NCBI GenBank assembly: GCA_046593035.1
Contig: JBKJSC010000287.1
Coordinates: forward strand, 1 to 31,816
DNA length: 31,816 nt
DNA from: Limisphaerales bacterium
GTDB lineage: Bacteria; Verrucomicrobiota; Verrucomicrobiia; Limisphaerales; JAYTXL01
Direction of reading: 5' to 3'
The notes below the pieces were generated by a model. The model had not been told where the DNA came from, did not search any database, and saw only the letters and a list, made by a program, of their open reading frames with translations. This document shows, in pieces, positions 16,743-26,480 of this stretch. The position numbers and the translations under genes are program-made. Position 1 is the first letter of the stretch; each line of letters opens with the position of its first letter.

Positions 16743-19700
16743 TTATTTGTCTCCCGGCGCGAGTTTGCCAGCGGTCATGCGGCGGGTGATGTATTCGCGA
16801 ATAATAGGGATTTTGGTTTTGGCCAGCAACGAGACAGCCTTGGTGGTGTCCGAACCGACGATTGGCTCGGCGGCATACCAGTACATCAACGGGAGGTTGT
16901 GGTCGGCCACGTCCTCGGCGTGGGCAAGGAGATTTTCGACAATGGGCGTGCGCTCGGCCACGCTTAAACGCTGGCACGCGCTGGCCAGATAGAGCCGCAC
17001 CACGGGCGAGGGGTCTTCCTTCGCGAGCCGGGCGAATTCCTTCAACGCGGCGTCGCCGGGTTTGTGGTCTTCGCAGAGGAGCTGGATGGTCCAGGCGCGA
17101 ACAAACTCGTTTGGACTTCCGAGCCGCTTAACTGCCGATCGGGCTTTCAGATTCCCCGTCACGTGCATCGTCCAGAGCATTCGAAGTGTAATGTTAGATG
17201 TATTTTGGCTGGGACCATTGGGAAGACCCTTTGCCTTGCGGAAGGCCGCTCCAGCCTCTTCGGCTGCTTCCATCGCCACCACGTGGGCGTCCATCATCGC
17301 CACTGCAATCGCATCCACTCCTCGCTCTTGAAGCAATCTCCGCGCATGACGCGCTTGCCAATCGTTACTGCTGGCTTGGAGCTGCAACAGATCTTCATCG
17401 CCTAATTTCGCCAAATCCACCTGCGTCCCCTTCTTCTCCCCGTAGCTGATCTTGAAGATGCGCCCGTTGCTGCGGTCGTGGGCGTTCGGGTTCCGCTGGT
17501 CATGGCATTGCTGTTTGTCGTACCAGTCGATCATATAGACCGAACCGTCTTGGTCGGATTGCAGGTTGAGGATTTGCGACGAACGATCGTTGAAGTTGAT
17601 GAAGTCCGCGCCGTGCTTGCCCACGAAGCCGGAACCCGTGCGCTCCGGCACGTCCATATTGATGCGCTGGCCGTGGATGTTATTCATGAAAAGCTTGCCG
17701 CGATATTGCTCCGGCCAGCTTCCGCCCAAATACACCATCAGGCCCGCGTGCGCGTGGCCGCCGCCCATCACGTCGCTGCGGCCGTTGCCGGCATGCGGCC
17801 CCTTGGTGCCGGCATAGTGGGCGTGATCGGCGATGGTCTTGATGTCGTCGTAAATAAACGGGTTGATCGGCTTGAGCTTGGGATCCTTGAACGTGTAGGG
17901 ATTTTCCGGCTGGGCCGTCGTGCCGCCAAAATCCTGCGCGAAGTATTGCGGCGCGAGGCGTTTGGCCTCCGCCAGCGAAGGCGCGTAGTGCTCGCCGCCC
18001 TGCCGCTGGTAGCGCGCGCCTTGAATCATGTGAAAGAGGTGCGGGATCACGCACGCCTCAATGAAAAGCTGCCCGCGTTCATCAAAGTCCAGGCCCCACG
18101 GATTGCTCGTGCCCTCGGCGAACACCTCGAAGGTTTTCTTCACCGGATGATAGCGCCACACGCCGGCGTTGATAAACTGCCGATTGCTGTCCGGATCGCC
18201 GGGCCGCTTGATGTGCGAGTGCGTGAAAACGCCGTGGCAGCCGTAGAGCCAGCCGTCCGGCCCCCAGGTGAAGGTGTTCAACATCTCATGCGTATCCTGG
18301 TAGCCCCAGCCTTCAAGTAGGATTTGCGGCTTGCCTGCGGGCTTCGGCTCGTCGCCTTCCTTCACCGGAATGAAATACAAGTAAGGCGCCGCCCCGACGA
18401 AGACACCGCCGAAACCATATTCGATGCCGGTGGCGAGGTTCAGCCCTTCCATGAACACCGTCCGTTTGTCGAACTTCCCATCGCCGTTCGTGTCCTCGAA
18501 AACGAGGATGCGGTCGGTGCCTTTGCCTTCGGGTTGGCGAATCGGATACGTGTAATTCTCGATGACCCAGAGCCGCCCGCGATCATCGATGCAGAAGGCG
18601 ATCGGTTGTTTCACGTCCGGCTCACCGGCGAACAGTGTGGCCTTGAAGCCCGGCGGCAAGGTGATCGCCTTCACCGCTTCCTCCGGCGTGAGGCCATTGA
18701 ATTTCACATTGTCCACCGGCGGCTCCGGCGTGGCGGACGGCGGATTCTGGTTCGGGTTGAACGCGCTGGCGAAGATCGGTTTCTTGGAATAGAACGTGAA
18801 GTCGTCGAAGTTCACATGGCCCCAGCCGCCCGTGTGCTCGTCCACGATGCGGATGAAAATTTCCTTATCCTTCTGCGCGGCCAAATCCACGGCGACCGGC
18901 GACATCGACTCAGAATTTTGCCCGTGCGCGGTGAAGAAAACTTTGCCGTCAGCCTTGGTCACCAGCTCGACACGCGTCTCCGCATGGCTGCCGCCGCCGA
19001 TGAGAAACGCGGCCCACGGCTGCGTGACCTTGAACGGCGCGCTGGTGAGCGTGCCCGTGGGAGCATCCTCGAGCTTCTCGTAACCGCCAATCCAGTAATT
19101 GCCGATATGGTTGGCGACTTTGCCCTCCCCGAATTTGCGGGTCTGACTGATGGGGCCTTTGACGGGCTGCCCCTTCCACGCATCGCCGGTCGCGGTCCAA
19201 TCGCGAAGGTCGCCCGTCTCGAAATCCGTGTTGACCGGCTTGCCATCCTTGCCGAGCGGAAGCACCCCATTGCCGGGCAGCGGGGGATTCGGTTTCACCC
19301 CGGCGGGGGCAGCCGCCGGATTGGCCGGCGGCGTTCCCGTGCGCACCACGACGTCGCTGGCATTGATGACTTGTTTCCCAGCATCCGCAAACTTCACCAC
19401 CGGCTGCGCCTTTTCCCATTCTTCTTTGCTCACCGCCTTCGTCGAGTGCAGGTTGATGAACGTGCCTTTCTTGTTGCCGACCACCACATCGGGAAGTTTG
19501 TCACCGTTGATATCGCCCACGACGACCTGCGTGCCCACGCCGGAATTGTCGTCGATCAAGTGCGGCACCCAATCCACGGAATGGTCTTTCTCGCGCACGA
19601 GCTTGAACCAGTAGAGCACCGGGGGCGCATCCGCCTCGGCATCGCCGTGGGAACCATGCGCCCAGAAGCGTTTGCCGGTCACGATGTCCTTCAACCCGTC

Positions 19701-20768
19701 GCCATCCATGTCCACCAGTTCCACCGCGTGAAGCTGGGAGAACTTCACGCCGTAGCGGTTGTCCTCGGGCTTGGTGTTCATGATGACATGCTGCTTGAAT
19801 TGAATCTCGCCGCTCGCGTCGCGCTCCTTGAGTTGCTCCCACCAGACGAGGCCGTAGCCGTGCGCCGCGAGACTCGTCACCACATCGGCCAGCCCGTCGC
19901 CGTTCACGTCGTAGGCATACATCTGCGCGCCGCCGCCATTGAACTTGAAAGGATGAAATTTCCAAACCGGATCGCCCGCCACCGACGCGGGCTGCTCATA
20001 CCAGCCATTGCCTTCCAGAATATCGAGGCGACCATCACCATTGATGTCACCGAAGCCGAGGCCGTGCGTGAAGCGTCCGTAACCGACCTTGGGTGAAATC
20101 GGATGGAACGTCCATTTCTCCGTCGGCTTCTCCCAATTCGGCGACACGTAGCCCGCGAAACCACCGGACATGCAAATGATCACCGGCTTGCCCGTGCCGA
20201 ACAGATCGCCCCACGTCGGCGATTCATTGTCCACCACGTCGAACACCACATGGCGCTTCCACGGTTCGTTGCCATTGATGCCGGCCTTGCCGGGATTCTC
20301 GAACCACGATGCGTCCGCGCCGGGAAAGCCGTAGATGAGCAGATCGGACCAGCCATCGCCGTTGAAGTCGTGGGTGAAAGCAAAGAAGTTGTCCGAGTAC
20401 GTATTGTTCTTGCCGAGGGCACCTTCAAATCCGGGAATGGTTTCCTCCGTGCTGTCGTCTTTCTTCAGCTTGAACGTGCGGGTGTCGGCATAAATCGTGT
20501 GGCGCTTTTTGAAGTCCGGCCCCTCCCACCAATACGGGCCCGAAACCACGTCCATTTTGCCGTCACGGTTGAAGTCGGCAAACGTGGCGCCCTCGGACCA
20601 GAACTGGTTGTTGAGCTGGACCGTCTTCCAAGTGTGCAGCGTGTATTTGGCACCGGCCGAAGCCGAGGCGGTGCTCACCGTGGCGGGCGGATGATAATCC
20701 GTGAGATAATTGCACGCGGCCAACAACAAGCCGGCGCAAGCGAGGACCGAAACACGAGAGATGGACAT
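16743..20768 (-). CDS. Giant (1341 aa) secreted multi-module protein. FG-GAP beta-propeller (paralog of 12226..13476), a Pro-rich linker, a central beta-sandwich-like domain of unknown type, a 'membrane-bound dehydrogenase' beta-propeller (paralog of the N-terminus of 5853..9383), then C-terminal HEAT repeats. No CxxCH
   Basis: Signal peptide. Domain blocks readable in the translation and alignable by eye with the two paralogs. Confidence 0.8.
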   Translation of the reverse strand: MSISRVSVLACAGLLLAACNYLTDYHPPATVSTASASAGAKYTLHTWKTVQLNNQFWSEGATFADFNRDGKMDVVSGPYWWEGPDFKKRHTIYADTRTFKLKKDDSTEETIPGFEGALGKNNTYSDNFFAFTHDFNGDGWSDLLIYGFPGADASWFENPGKAGINGNEPWKRHVVFDVVDNESPTWGDLFGTGKPVIICMSGGFAGYVSPNWEKPTEKWTFHPISPKVGYGRFTHGLGFGDINGDGRLDILEGNGWYEQPASVAGDPVWKFHPFKFNGGGAQMYAYDVNGDGLADVVTSLAAHGYGLVWWEQLKERDASGEIQFKQHVIMNTKPEDNRYGVKFSQLHAVELVDMDGDGLKDIVTGKRFWAHGSHGDAEADAPPVLYWFKLVREKDHSVDWVPHLIDDNSGVGTQVVVGDINGDKLPDVVVGNKKGTFINLHSTKAVSKEEWEKAQPVVKFADAGKQVINASDVVVRTGTPPANPAAAPAGVKPNPPLPGNGVLPLGKDGKPVNTDFETGDLRDWTATGDAWKGQPVKGPISQTRKFGEGKVANHIGNYWIGGYEKLEDAPTGTLTSAPFKVTQPWAAFLIGGGSHAETRVELVTKADGKVFFTAHGQNSESMSPVAVDLAAQKDKEIFIRIVDEHTGGWGHVNFDDFTFYSKKPIFASAFNPNQNPPSATPEPPVDNVKFNGLTPEEAVKAITLPPGFKATLFAGEPDVKQPIAFCIDDRGRLWVIENYTYPIRQPEGKGTDRILVFEDTNGDGKFDKRTVFMEGLNLATGIEYGFGGVFVGAAPYLYFIPVKEGDEPKPAGKPQILLEGWGYQDTHEMLNTFTWGPDGWLYGCHGVFTHSHIKRPGDPDSNRQFINAGVWRYHPVKKTFEVFAEGTSNPWGLDFDERGQLFIEACVIPHLFHMIQGARYQRQGGEHYAPSLAEAKRLAPQYFAQDFGGTTAQPENPYTFKDPKLKPINPFIYDDIKTIADHAHYAGTKGPHAGNGRSDVMGGGHAHAGLMVYLGGSWPEQYRGKLFMNNIHGQRINMDVPERTGSGFVGKHGADFINFNDRSSQILNLQSDQDGSVYMIDWYDKQQCHDQRNPNAHDRSNGRIFKISYGEKKGTQVDLAKLGDEDLLQLQASSNDWQARHARRLLQERGVDAIAVAMMDAHVVAMEAAEEAGAAFRKAKGLPNGPSQNTSNITLRMLWTMHVTGNLKARSAVKRLGSPNEFVRAWTIQLLCEDHKPGDAALKEFARLAKEDPSPVVRLYLASACQRLSVAERTPIVENLLAHAEDVADHNLPLMYWYAAEPIVGSDTTKAVSLLAKTKIPIIREYITRRMTAGKLAPGDK

Positions 20769-20840
20769 GCCTCATTTGTGGCAATTCCATCCCAGCGGGT
20801 CAAGCGGGATGCGGTGGAATAATTTCCGCTGCTGCCGTCG

Positions 20841-20883
20841 GAAAACAAAAACGGGTTTCGCGGCGTGAACCACGAAACCCGTT
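20841..20883 (-). terminator. Rho-independent terminator 3' of the Gfo/Idh/MocA gene. 11-bp stem aacgggtttcg / cgaaacccgtt with a U-run on the minus strand
   Basis: Palindrome plus plus-strand A-run (gaaaacaaaa), read directly. Sits between convergent or tandem gene ends. Confidence 0.6.
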
Positions 20884-20904
20884 GAATTTTGTCGCCTGCT
20901 TCGC

Positions 20905-22293
20905 TCAGGACAGCGGCGTGCTGCCGTACGTAAGCGCCTTGACTTCCCGGCCTTCGCCGGTGGTGATCTTGCGGGTCTTCTCGTCGAAATTGCACATGAC
21001 GCTCAGCCGCTCGGACATTTCGGCCAGCGAGATGACAGTCTGCACGCGAATGGCGAGATCGATGCCGCAATTGGGCTGCTTGTTGGCACGGATGCTCTCG
21101 AACCAGTTCTTCTCGTGCTCCGGCACACTCTCGCCGGGCTTGATGTTGTCGATGGTGATCGGGTCAATCTCCTCGACGAACGGCTTCTCCGGCTTCATCT
21201 CAATGCGATTGCCCGCCATGTAGAGCGAGGCTTTGTGGCCGCGGATCAATTCCTGCGTGCCCTGCTCGTTGACCGTGCTGCTGGTGATGTGCATCGTCAT
21301 GCCGCTCGGGAATTCAGCAATGAGCTGCACGATCTCCGGCACGTCGCGCAGGTATTTCGTCGCCTTCTTGCCCTCGGCCTTTTTGTCGGTCTCCACCTTC
21401 CGATTCCCCACGCTGGCGACGCGCAGCGGAAACTCCGGATTGCCGGTCGCGAGCATGTACGGATGGAGCTTGTGCGGGAACAGATCACCCAAAAGGCCGG
21501 CGCAATATGGATAATATTTGCGCCAGCGAAAATAATGGTCGGCGTTGAAATCCACCTTCTTCTTGATCTGGTTGCCAAACCACGACTTCCAGTCCAAGTC
21601 GTCCGGCGTGCACCAGTCCTGAATGTCGTAGTTCCACTCGCCTTGGGGGGAATTACGCATGTAGGAGCCTTGCGACATGACGACCGGACCGATTTTGCCG
21701 GCCTTGATCAGCTTGGCGGCTTCATGCCACTTCTGGTCGGAGCAGCCTTGCGAGCCGACTTGCAGAATCTTGCCGGTCTTCTTGACCGTATCATAAATCT
21801 CGAAGGCCTCGCCCAGGTAGCGCGTCATCGGCTTCTCCACATAGACGTGCTTGCCGGCGTTCATCGCGTCCACCGAAACCCGCGTGTGCCAGTGATCCAC
21901 CGTGGCGCAACAAATGGCGTCAATGTCTTTTCGTTCGAGCATTTTCCGGTAGTCGGCATATTCCTGACAATCGCCGCCCACGAAGGCCTTGGCATCAGCA
22001 GAGCGATGCTTGGAGACGTCGCACACCGCTGCCTGGGCAATGTTGTTGTCGCCAGCGTATTGTTTCTGCGGACGCACGTGCGCCATCCCCTGCCCGCCCA
22101 CGCCGACGTAGCCGACGACGATGCGGTCATTCGCCCCGATGACGCGGCCCGGCGAAGGTGCCTGGCTCTGGCCATAGACGGGGGTTTTGAAGAGGTTGGT
22201 GGCCGCCACGACGGCCGTGGCCGCAGTGGCTTGCTTGAGGAATTCCCGGCGCGTCGCGCTGCCGGACAAGGATGGATTTGATTTGTCGCTCAT
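20905..22293 (-). CDS. Tat-exported (RREFLK) Gfo/Idh/MocA-family oxidoreductase, probably periplasmic
   Basis: Twin-arginine motif followed by a hydrophobic stretch. Rossmann GYVGVGGQG. Gfo/Idh/MocA C-terminal domain. Confidence 0.8.
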   Translation of the reverse strand: MSDKSNPSLSGSATRREFLKQATAATAVVAATNLFKTPVYGQSQAPSPGRVIGANDRIVVGYVGVGGQGMAHVRPQKQYAGDNNIAQAAVCDVSKHRSADAKAFVGGDCQEYADYRKMLERKDIDAICCATVDHWHTRVSVDAMNAGKHVYVEKPMTRYLGEAFEIYDTVKKTGKILQVGSQGCSDQKWHEAAKLIKAGKIGPVVMSQGSYMRNSPQGEWNYDIQDWCTPDDLDWKSWFGNQIKKKVDFNADHYFRWRKYYPYCAGLLGDLFPHKLHPYMLATGNPEFPLRVASVGNRKVETDKKAEGKKATKYLRDVPEIVQLIAEFPSGMTMHITSSTVNEQGTQELIRGHKASLYMAGNRIEMKPEKPFVEEIDPITIDNIKPGESVPEHEKNWFESIRANKQPNCGIDLAIRVQTVISLAEMSERLSVMCNFDEKTRKITTGEGREVKALTYGSTPLS

Positions 22294-22462
22294 AAATAAT
22301 TTCGTTTTCGGTTCAGGTGACGAGGCACACTAGCGCAACCGATTTCGAGGTCAATGCCGAACATTGCGTGCAGCGAAAGATTGCAATTCGCCGTGGCCCG
22401 GCGCAAATTCGCCCCGCATTTCTAACAAACTGAAACCGAAAACCGCGAACACTTACTGAGCT

Positions 22463-23353
22463 ATGCCCAACCCCTGGACTGGAAAAGGAAATCCCTACAC
22501 CCGCAAAGAAGTCGTGGATCGTCTCCGCGCCCAACTCAAAAAAGGCGCGCCCATCATCGCCGCCGGTGCGGGCACGGGCATCAGCGCTAAGTTCATCGAG
22601 AAGGGCGGTGCCGACCTCATCATCATCTACAACTCCGGCCGCTTCCGCATGGCCGGTCGCGGCTCCACCTGCGGCCTCATGGCCTACGGCGACGCCAACG
22701 CCATCGCGATGGAAATCGGCGAACACGAAGTGCTGCCGGTCGTCGAGGAGATTCCGGTGATCTGCGGCGTCCACGCCAGCGACCCGCGCCGACGCATGTG
22801 GCACTGGTTGAAACAGGTGAAAGACATGGGGTTCAGTGGCGTGAACAACTTCCCCACGCATTGCATCATTGATGGCCAGTTCCGCCAGGTGCTCGAAGAA
22901 ACCGGCATGAGCGTGAAGCACGAGTTCGAGATGGTTCGCCTCGCGCGCAAGATGGATTTGTTCACCGTCGTCTATGTCGCCACTCCCGACGAAGCGCAGG
23001 CGATGGCCGAGTCCGGCGCGGATGCCATTATCGCGCACGTGGGCACCACCATCGGCGGCAGCATCGGCGTGAAAAAAGCCGTCGTCTCGATGGACGAGAC
23101 GGTGAAGCGCTGCCAGTCGATCATCAACGGCGCGAAAAAGGTGCGGAAGGACATCATCTTCCTCTCGCACGGCGGCCCGATCGCCACGCCGGAAGACGCG
23201 GCCTACATCAACGCGCACACGGATTGCGTCGGCTTCGTCGGCGCGTCGAGCCTCGAACGGCTGGCGGTGGAAGATTCGCTGACCAAGCTCACCCAAGAGT
23301 TCAAGAAGATTCCCGTTCGCAAAGACGCGCTCAGAGCGTTCAAAGGCCGATAG
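22463..23353 (+). CDS. TIM-barrel 'phosphoenolpyruvate hydrolase-like' family protein (COG5564/PF09370-like)
   Basis: Blocks IIAAGAGTGISAKF... GADLIIIYNSGRFRMAGRGS... AHVGTTIGG are reminiscent of that family. Assigned from memory, not searched. Confidence 0.5.
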   Translation: MPNPWTGKGNPYTRKEVVDRLRAQLKKGAPIIAAGAGTGISAKFIEKGGADLIIIYNSGRFRMAGRGSTCGLMAYGDANAIAMEIGEHEVLPVVEEIPVICGVHASDPRRRMWHWLKQVKDMGFSGVNNFPTHCIIDGQFRQVLEETGMSVKHEFEMVRLARKMDLFTVVYVATPDEAQAMAESGADAIIAHVGTTIGGSIGVKKAVVSMDETVKRCQSIINGAKKVRKDIIFLSHGGPIATPEDAAYINAHTDCVGFVGASSLERLAVEDSLTKLTQEFKKIPVRKDALRAFKGR

Positions 23354-23597
23354 CTCCCCAACTTCGGATTTAGGGTTTGCCTGCGGGTTGCCTTTCCCGT
23401 CTTCAATGTTTCCCGGCAGCCCCAGCCTGCCGAAGACGGGCAACACCTCGGAAAAACACTGCCAAAACTTTTGTCGAAAACAGGACTTGCCAAGCCCATA
23501 AGCCATGACTAGGCTCACCCCTCTTTTTTAAGGGACGCCGTGATTGCGGCGGGCGGAAGCAAAGCGTGGCTGGCCGCCGCCACAGTGAAAGATATTT

Positions 23598-23846
23598 ATG
23601 TCAGTTAAAATTCGCATGAAGCGCGTCGGGACGAAGAACACGCCCGCGTTCCGTATCGTCGTCGCCGACAGCCGCAGTCCGCGGGATGGCAAGTGCATCG
23701 AGGAGATCGGTACCTACTCGCCCTTGAAGAAGGACGTGAATTACACCGTGGATCTAGAACGCGCCGCCTACTGGATTTCCAAAGGCGCGCAACCGAGTGA
23801 CACCGTCGCCAGTTTTTTGAAAAAGGCCAAGCGCGTAGCGGTTTAA
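23598..23846 (+). CDS. rpsP: 30S ribosomal protein S16
   Basis: [32 protein letters not shown]... is the canonical S16 N-terminus. Confidence 0.9.
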   Translation: MSVKIRMKRVGTKNTPAFRIVVADSRSPRDGKCIEEIGTYSPLKKDVNYTVDLERAAYWISKGAQPSDTVASFLKKAKRVAV

Positions 23847-23860
23847 CCTCCCGTCGGCGG

Positions 23861-24106
23861 ATGCAAGCCTTTCTGGAATACGTGGTCAAAGGATTGGTGG
23901 ACCGCCCCGATGCCGTGACCATCACCCCGGTGGGGCGAAACGGGATGACCGTTTATGAGTTGCGCCTGCACCCCACCGATGTCGGCAAGATCATCGGCCG
24001 GCAGGGCACGACGATTCAGGCTCTGCGCTCGTTGTTGCAAGTGGGCAGCGCCAAGAAGGGGTTGCGCTGCGCGGTGGAAATCGTGGAAGAGCATCCGCCG
24101 GAGTAA
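23861..24106 (+). CDS. KH-domain RNA-binding protein (YlqC/UPF0109 family)
   Basis: VGKIIGRQGTTIQALR is a KH GxxG motif. Position between rpsP and trmD is typical. Confidence 0.8.
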   Translation: MQAFLEYVVKGLVDRPDAVTITPVGRNGMTVYELRLHPTDVGKIIGRQGTTIQALRSLLQVGSAKKGLRCAVEIVEEHPPE

Positions 24107-24143
24107 TTGTTTTTGCGGCGGTTGCTGACCGCTGATCTGGAGC

Positions 24144-24809
24144 ATGAAAATTGACGTGCTCACGCTGTTTCCCGGAATGTTCACCGGGCCGCTCGACGAA
24201 AGCATCGTCAAACGGGCGCGCGGTGCCGGGTTGCTGGATTTGACGATCCACAATCTGCGGGATTACACCCACGACCGGCACAAAACGGTGGATGACAAAC
24301 CGTTTGGCGGCGGACCGGGAATGTTGTTGAAGCCGGAACCGATCTTTGAAGCGGTCGAGCACTTGAGGCACGAATCGACGCGCGTGATTTTGCTGTCGCC
24401 GACGGGGCGGCAGTTTAATCAGGCCATCGCCCGCGATCTGGCGCAACAAACGCATTTGCTGTTTGTCTGCGGCAGTTATGAAGGGTTCGATGAGCGCGTG
24501 CGTGAGGCGCTGGCGGACGATGAGTTGTCCATCGGCGATTACGTGCTGACCAACGGTGCGCTGCCGGCGATGGTGATCATTGACGCCGTGACGCGGTTGC
24601 TGCCCGGCGTGCTGGGCGACGACGAAAGTTCGCGCGATGAATCCTTCAGCCACGGGCTGCTGGAATATCCGCACTACACGCGGCCGGCGGAGTTTCGCGG
24701 GATGAAAGTGCCGGACGTGCTACTCTCCGGCCACCACGCGGAGATTGAGAAGTGGCGGCAGGAACAGGCGAAGCAACGGACGCGCGAACGGCGTCCGGAT
24801 TTGATGTAG
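24144..24809 (+). CDS. trmD: tRNA (guanine37-N1)-methyltransferase
   Basis: [13 protein letters not shown]... [10 protein letters not shown]..., SPOUT-fold TrmD signature. Confidence 0.9.
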   Translation: MKIDVLTLFPGMFTGPLDESIVKRARGAGLLDLTIHNLRDYTHDRHKTVDDKPFGGGPGMLLKPEPIFEAVEHLRHESTRVILLSPTGRQFNQAIARDLAQQTHLLFVCGSYEGFDERVREALADDELSIGDYVLTNGALPAMVIIDAVTRLLPGVLGDDESSRDESFSHGLLEYPHYTRPAEFRGMKVPDVLLSGHHAEIEKWRQEQAKQRTRERRPDLM

Positions 24810-24887
24810 CGGCGGTCGGTGACTACCGCGTGAAGTAAGTAAAATTGAAACGGCGCGCCATCAACCGCGCCAACAAACGAAAAATTT

Positions 24888-25265
24888 ATGAACCAGGCAC
24901 TACAAGATAAAATCGAATCGGAACAGTATCGCAAAGACAAGCACGACTTCGCCGTCGGCGACTCGGTGAAGGTCCACACCAAAGTCGTGGAAGGCGACAA
25001 AGAGCGCATCCAGATTTTCTCCGGCGTCGTGATCGGCCGCCGTGGACACGGGCTGAACTCCACCTTCACCGTCCGCCGCATCAGCTATGGTGAGGGCGTG
25101 GAGCGCGTGTTCCCCGTGCATTCGCCGCGCGTGGACAAGATTGAAGTCGAGCGCCAAGGCGAAGTGCGCCGCGCCAAACTCACCTACCTGCGCGGTCGGC
25201 TCGGCAAAGGCGCGACCGCCGTGAAGGAAAAGGAAACACGCGTCGCCGCCCCGGCTGCCAAGTAA
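24888..25265 (+). CDS. rplS: 50S ribosomal protein L19
   Basis: [29 protein letters not shown]... is the canonical L19. Confidence 0.9.
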   Translation: MNQALQDKIESEQYRKDKHDFAVGDSVKVHTKVVEGDKERIQIFSGVVIGRRGHGLNSTFTVRRISYGEGVERVFPVHSPRVDKIEVERQGEVRRAKLTYLRGRLGKGATAVKEKETRVAAPAAK

Positions 25266-25285
25266 TTTTCCGCCCGTCACACTTT

Positions 25286-25335
25286 CAACAAGCGAGGCTT
25301 CGGCCTCGCTTGTTGCTTTTCGGCATTGATTTTTT
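25286..25335 (+). terminator. Rho-independent terminator of the rpsP operon. 13-bp perfect stem caacaagcgaggc-ttcg-gcctcgcttgttg followed by cttttcggcattgatttttt
   Basis: Read directly, immediately after the rplS stop. Confidence 0.8.
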
Positions 25336-25382
25336 CACCGCCAAGGCGCAAAGACGCGGGGAACACAACCCGCCCGCCACGC

Positions 25383-26048
25383 ATGAAACACAACCTGGCC
25401 GCCGACCGCTTCGAGTTTGAACGCGCGTTGCTGCGTGAAGGTCTCACTCAAATCGCGGGCGTTGACGAGGCGGGCCGCGGGCCACTCGCCGGGCCGGTCG
25501 TGGCTGCGGCGGTTGTGTTTCCTGCGGATTGGATTCAAGCCGGCTTGCCGGCGGAACTGGCTGGCCTCAATGACTCCAAACAACTCACGGAGAAACAGCG
25601 CGAAACCTTCTTCGCGTTCCTCACGGCGCGGCCGGAAATCCGGTTTGCCATCGCGTCGGTCGAAGTTGAAGTCATCGACCGCATCAACATCCTGCAAGCC
25701 ACGCACCGCGCGATGAACGACGCGCTCGCGCCGTTGCAGCCGCAGCATGCCCTCGTGGACGGGTTGCGCGTCCGCTCGCTGCGCTTTCCCCAGACGCCGC
25801 TCGTGAAAGGCGACGCGCGCAGTTACTCCATCGCCGCCGCCAGCGTGCTCGCCAAGGTCACGCGCGACCGCCTCATGCGCGAGTTTGATCGCCAATGGCC
25901 CGCCTACGGTTTCGCCCGGCACAAGGGCTACGGCACTGCCCGCCACCTCGCCGCGCTCGCCGCGCACGGGCCGAGTCCCATCCACCGCCGGAGCTTTGCG
26001 CCGTTGAAAACTCAGGCGCAAAGCAAACTGATCCACTTGGCACCATGA
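25383..26048 (+). CDS. rnhB: Ribonuclease HII. The start is moved to MKHNLAADRF...; the track ORF starts at 25326
   Basis: GVDEAGRGPLAGPVV active-site block. ...DSKQL... motif. Confidence 0.9.
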   Translation: MKHNLAADRFEFERALLREGLTQIAGVDEAGRGPLAGPVVAAAVVFPADWIQAGLPAELAGLNDSKQLTEKQRETFFAFLTARPEIRFAIASVEVEVIDRINILQATHRAMNDALAPLQPQHALVDGLRVRSLRFPQTPLVKGDARSYSIAAASVLAKVTRDRLMREFDRQWPAYGFARHKGYGTARHLAALAAHGPSPIHRRSFAPLKTQAQSKLIHLAP

Positions 26049-26473
26049 ATCTGTGGGGCGAACTCAAGTCACGTCTCGGTGGCAAGGAGCAGCCGGAGCA
26101 TCTACGCCGGGGCGAACTGGGCGAACGCGCCGCGAAGAAACATTTGCAATCGCTCGGCTTGAAATTCCTCACCGCCAATTTCCGCTCCGAGCGAGGTGAG
26201 ATCGATTTGATTTTCCGTGACGATGATTGCCTCGTCTTCGCCGAGGTCAAGACACGTTCCAATGAATCCTGGAAGCGGCCGGCGGCGGCGGTGGATGCGC
26301 GGAAGCGACGATTATTGTCGCAAACAGCGCTGGACTATTTGCGGCTGCTAAAAAATCCGCCGGTGAAATTCCGTTTCGACATTGTGGAGGTCTTGTTGGA
26401 GAACGGCGAGGTGCGGGAAATCCGGCATTTGCCCAACACATTTTCCCTGAGCAAGCCGTTTCGCTACGGGTGA
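26045..26473 (+). CDS. yraN: YraN-family (UPF0102) endonuclease-like protein. ATGA start/stop overlap with rnhB
   Basis: MNLWGEL... GERAAKKHLQSLGLKFLTANFRSERGEIDLIF... FAEVKTR. Classic pairing with rnhB. Confidence 0.8.
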   Translation: MNLWGELKSRLGGKEQPEHLRRGELGERAAKKHLQSLGLKFLTANFRSERGEIDLIFRDDDCLVFAEVKTRSNESWKRPAAAVDARKRRLLSQTALDYLRLLKNPPVKFRFDIVEVLLENGEVREIRHLPNTFSLSKPFRYG

Positions 26474-26480
26474 GCAGCGA

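Noticed and set aside
23396-23445. Hairpin cccgtcttc...gaagacggg with a large loop upstream of rpsP
   Set aside because: Loop too long and no U-tract for a terminator. Probably incidental or part of an uncharacterised leader. A weak sigma70-like promoter (ttgcca-17-taggct) nearby is only speculative
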